Source: Phoronis australis
Taxonomy: Eukaryota > Animalia > Phoronida
Length of the DNA: 64,000 bases
Assembly: GCA_002633005.1 (NCBI GenBank)
Contig: NMRA01000157.1
Coordinates: 282,785 to 346,784 of the forward strand
Direction: 5' to 3'
Below the pieces are notes generated by a model. That model saw only the letters and a program-made list of their open reading frames with translations, ran no database searches and had not been told where the DNA came from. The stretch's first letter is position 1. Each line of letters begins with the position of its first letter. Made by a program: the position numbers and the translations under genes. Below are positions 59,901-64,000 of the stretch, one piece after another.

Positions 59901-60729
59901 TCAGTCATTATTATTAATGCCATATTTACAATGAGGGCAGCCCCATCAGTTCACACTGCTTTCCATGGGGGCCTCAAGTTTGTATATTAACAATATACTT
60001 GTATTATAAGTTTTTATACAGACTACACCCCATGGTTAGCGTTTGTTTATATTAAATGGATCTCCTTTTCAGCGTTGTACTTTTAATTTATATTTCAACG
60101 TAAGGAAAAGTAAAATGTATGACTATACATGTTACTTTCGAATGAGGCCACGTGTATTTCATACGAACCAAAATATCGCCACTTAAGGGAATAGTGACAC
60201 TGTACAGTTATTTTTCAGACTGCTAACAAAAAGAAATTGTCTGTGGTATGACTTAAAGCCACACCTTTAAAAGCGTACTATGGAGAATTTACGATCCCAT
60301 CAAAAGCAACCTGGAGAGGCTACTTAGGCAACGACAGTGTCAGAAGACCTGAAGTTTGAAACTGTATCTTCCGTTCTCACTGGTATTTTGTACACTGGTT
60401 TACAAGGATATTTTTAGTGTTTCTTTCTTCGAACTTCTAAAAGCAAACTTAAAATTCAACGATCTTGGTCTAACTTATGTCAAAAGCATTTCTGAGTAAC
60501 CAGCTTGCAACGTTTGATAATCAGATAATAACTGAAAAACGCACCGGTCTAATAGAATTCTTATTGATGATAACGTATCTTTGACATGTTTACCAGGAAA
60601 CGATTACTATCGCAATATGCAAACATAGCGTGTAGCATAAAAAAACTAGTCTATTCAAGAGATCAAGACATAAATGAAATATTGGTTTGTATTTAGTCCA
60701 GTTCCATTCTGTATTCACCCACACTAGTA

Positions 60730-61260
60730 GTACACTGTTCAGGTCTTTCCTATGAAGTTGGAAGAATCTTCCTGAGTTCCTACCTTGACTGGTTCACGCA
60801 TCACGCACAGAATTTTATTGACGGATGTAAAGATCTCATCTCGTTTTGTTGGGCAATTGAATGTAAGCCTTCCTTTCGTAACATGTGTCTACAACAACGA
60901 TACAAATACCCGTGCGTACAATTTCTTCATCTTTACCAAGGTTCCAGCCATCGTCATTGCTTGGCAAACACTAAAGTACCAAGACGAACTTCTGCGATGG
61001 TGATGTCGTTTGCCGTCGTCTTTGTCAGCGTGTTGGGATTCATCCCGACATTGTCGAGTGAGTTCCATTGACAACCTCAAAGCTCAGTGTTGTGCTCACA
61101 CCATCCATCGTAAATGTTGCTTTGAAGACACGAATTACAGTAGCAAGAAACTTCTGGAATTGCAAGCAACTCATTTTTAGTGAGGTGAGATACGCGAGAG
61201 GTCGTAGTTCGAGGAACAGTCTTCGGGGTCGCCAACGCTAGCAATTCAGTTCCACTGTGG
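60730..61260 (-). pseudogene. Degenerate coding remnant, probably a DNA transposase C-terminus
   Basis: Broken frames give ...EVSCYCNSCLQ... and FNCPTKRDEIFTSVNKILCVMREPVKVG; resemblance is from memory only. Confidence 0.35.
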
Positions 61261-63729
61261 CTGTCACGGTCGTAGTCGGCTTGTGAGTAAAATGTGGCTG
61301 TATGGAGTTTTCATTCTCTCTGGCCCACATTTTAAAACCCTTACGTCTTGTGTCTTTACTTTGCTTCACAGTTTCTGGTGTTCTTATTCTCACTTCACCC
61401 CCAATCTCACCATATAGGGACCTTTGCCGTTTCTAACCTCAAAGTAGTTCCGCAAGTTTGGTGAGAATGTCGAACATTAACGATTTACTTCGACGACGGG
61501 TTAACTGTTCAATAACAAACAGATGTCGTATTCGGACAGATTGACGAGTGGTATAGCTTTTCTGGCGCATGATTGCTAAACAGTAGTGGTGTTGTGCTAT
61601 ATGACAAAATTCTGTGTGTGACCGAGCCATCTTGGTTATTATTGTTAGCAACTTTTTTATGGAGACTTATTGAATGTCGCAATCCAGTTCGATATCTGAA
61701 TTTCATCCACTAACTGGCACCCAACAACGCAGACCTCTTCCGATTTCGCTGAATGCAATAACGTATCTATGCTGAACAACATGAAACAATTTCATTTCAT
61801 ACTTCACAGAAACTAATCTCTTTCTGTTAATGGTGTTAATGACTATGTGACCTTTGATGAGTCTTATGCCGTCATGTCGTATCTATGACTGATTTTAGGG
61901 ACACCTATACCGTTTTTTCTTAGCCAGGTTAAACAAGACATTGCCATGACTTCAAACCAACGTTTTTTTCTTCGATTAATACCTGTAATTAAAATTTATA
62001 GAAATGTCATTTGACAGTAAACGATAAAACAAAAAATATGGAAAACGTACAGAAATCACTACGGCTGGGTATTGTGAAAATGCAGAAAACGTGACTTGAA
62101 GCCTTAGAGAGTGCAAAAAATGTGCACTTCAGTGGAAAATGAACCCACAATAGGGCGGTTCGACAAGTTTTTTTTTAGGGACTCGTGGTGTCCCAAAATT
62201 TGTCACAGGAAATGAAATTCGTCATGGTTTCACTGAGACAACAGGGATGGGTTGGTAATGGAACAATCAAAACTACAATTTGTAAGTTTAGTACACTACT
62301 GGAGACGCCATTGATAAAAGAATAAAGGAATGTTGAGAATTGATGGGAGTCCTTGGTTTAGCGCAATTGTGATCCTGGAAGATGTAATTTCGGTGCTGTC
62401 GTGGCAACTCCGCCCGCACGACTTCAACTCACTCTACGATCAGCCAATTTTGAGGAAGTCTTATGGGCTTTCTACGTGCATTCTCCTTGTTTCTCTGTCG
62501 GGATGTCTGCCTTAGTAGCATTTGGTTTTCCACGCGCGTCCTCGATTTCTACTTCCGCACTAGTACTGTCTTCAATTTTGCACGCGCTAGGATTCAAGTA
62601 TGTTGCTCATGACGCATGTGGAATGCAGTTTAGTTCGGGTCTTCGGGTACAGACATTTGACCCTGGATCCGCAATGCATGTTGCAAACTTTGCACACATG
62701 GTTAGCCCCAGGATGGTATAAATTTGAGTAACTTCGGAACAAGGTATCTCAGAAATGGTTGATCGGATTTATAGGAAAATTTTAGATACTTTGCTTAATG
62801 CAAGGATTTTAATGTGCTGTTAGAAATTGTTTCAAAGTTCTCCAATGTTGCATGAAAAGCTTTAAAAACAGGACTTTTGTGATTTTCATGAAACAAAATC
62901 AAAATTTGCATAAACAAATAGTAGACCAACGAATTGACAATATAGAAAAGTTTAACAGTTGTTTGAGGTTTCATCTTGAACATTATATCATATGAATTTT
63001 GGCCACGTTATGTCACTGTTCTGCTATCTGTGTTTTCAAAACAACATGATCACGTGGTCCGGTTGCATGAAACAGTCCCAAATAGGGACTCAACTAAGCT
63101 CCCTAAATCTTTTTCGTATTTCCTTAGTTCTTCAGGCACAGATGTAATATTTTACCAACAATTTTATCTTTATTATGAGCTCTTCTTTGACTAGTGGCGT
63201 TTTCTGATAACATACCTAAAAACTAAGCCCTTAATTCAATCAAAATAATTAGGGACTTAGTCCTTAAATTGCAGGGGCGTTGCACGAAAAGATCTGCTAT
63301 TTATTTTCAATAACATGGATAATTCAATGCTTAGCACTCTCTCGATTTGTATCAAACCCAAAAATTGATATAGCAATGATACTCAAATAGCATAAGATAG
63401 GACAATCAGTGTTTTCACTAATCCACAAACACGCAGTACTGAGCTTACCCAATTTGGGATTGTTTCTTGCAACCGAGCACTGATCGACACAGGCGTATTT
63501 GAATGCCACTGAACTGTTTTAAAACGTGTGTTTCAACAAAAGCGCTAATAGACCTTTTGGGAGATAAGAAATTGTATGGATTTTTGTCCCCTTTTTTACG
63601 CCGTATTGGTAAACTCTACTGTGCACAGCGGGAACCTGCTTGAGGTTTGACCTCGCGCTGTGTTTCCACACAAACTCGCGCCGCATGTAGTCTGCTTCGT
63701 AAGTGCAGTATCAACTATTTATTGTTATT

Positions 63730-63995
63730 AAGGTGAGGTTCACAGCAAAAAATCTCCCAAATTTCATTTAAAAAAATAATTGCCAATTTTGCTCTTTTGT
63801 CGTTTTTCAAGAGCTTCTAACAGCAAGGTGAACACCGCCACGGGGATACTTTAGCAAGGGTACAGAACTTGAACATAGAAAATCATTAACGTGGTGCTAA
63901 ACACTTTTTACGGAAAATAAAAAAACGCCCGCTATATTGTGTGCTAAATTGGTGAGATTTTACCGTACTTGTTTATTGATTTCAGATAACAAAGT
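63730..63995 (+). repeat. Interspersed repeat related to 26150-26460
   Basis: Shared ATAATTGCCAA-TT...TTTTTCAA and CCGC-ATATTGTGT-CTAAAT...GAGA-TTTACCGTAC. Confidence 0.6.
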
Positions 63996-64000
63996 AAGCT

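Overview
AT-rich, intron-rich animal genomic DNA from an invertebrate-like draft assembly. It has three single-N joins and two N-gaps. Three spliced genes can be rebuilt with canonical GT-AG junctions and consistent phases: HTATSF1/Tat-SF1 (+, 433-30176, 8 coding exons, ~495 aa), a vestigial/VGLL gene (+, ~35495-43883, 5 coding exons, ~284 aa, TONDU motif and C-terminal KDLYWF), and NEIL1 (-, 54260-46607, 8 coding exons, 371 aa), convergent with vestigial. The rest is MITEs, a TA-flanked DNA transposon nested in a tandem-unit repeat, LINE/SINE fragments, a 20-bp minisatellite and three near-identical duplications around single Ns that are probably haplotype artefacts. Main leads: (1) an intron-exon RNA hairpin over the NEIL1 Lys codon equivalent to the ADAR-recoded human K242; (2) the HTATSF1-VGLL pair, also adjacent in human, with promoter-like CpG-rich elements inside the 12.5-kb last HTATSF1 intron; (3) repeat-borne CTCF-like motifs. 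All calls were made by eye; no searches or folding were run.
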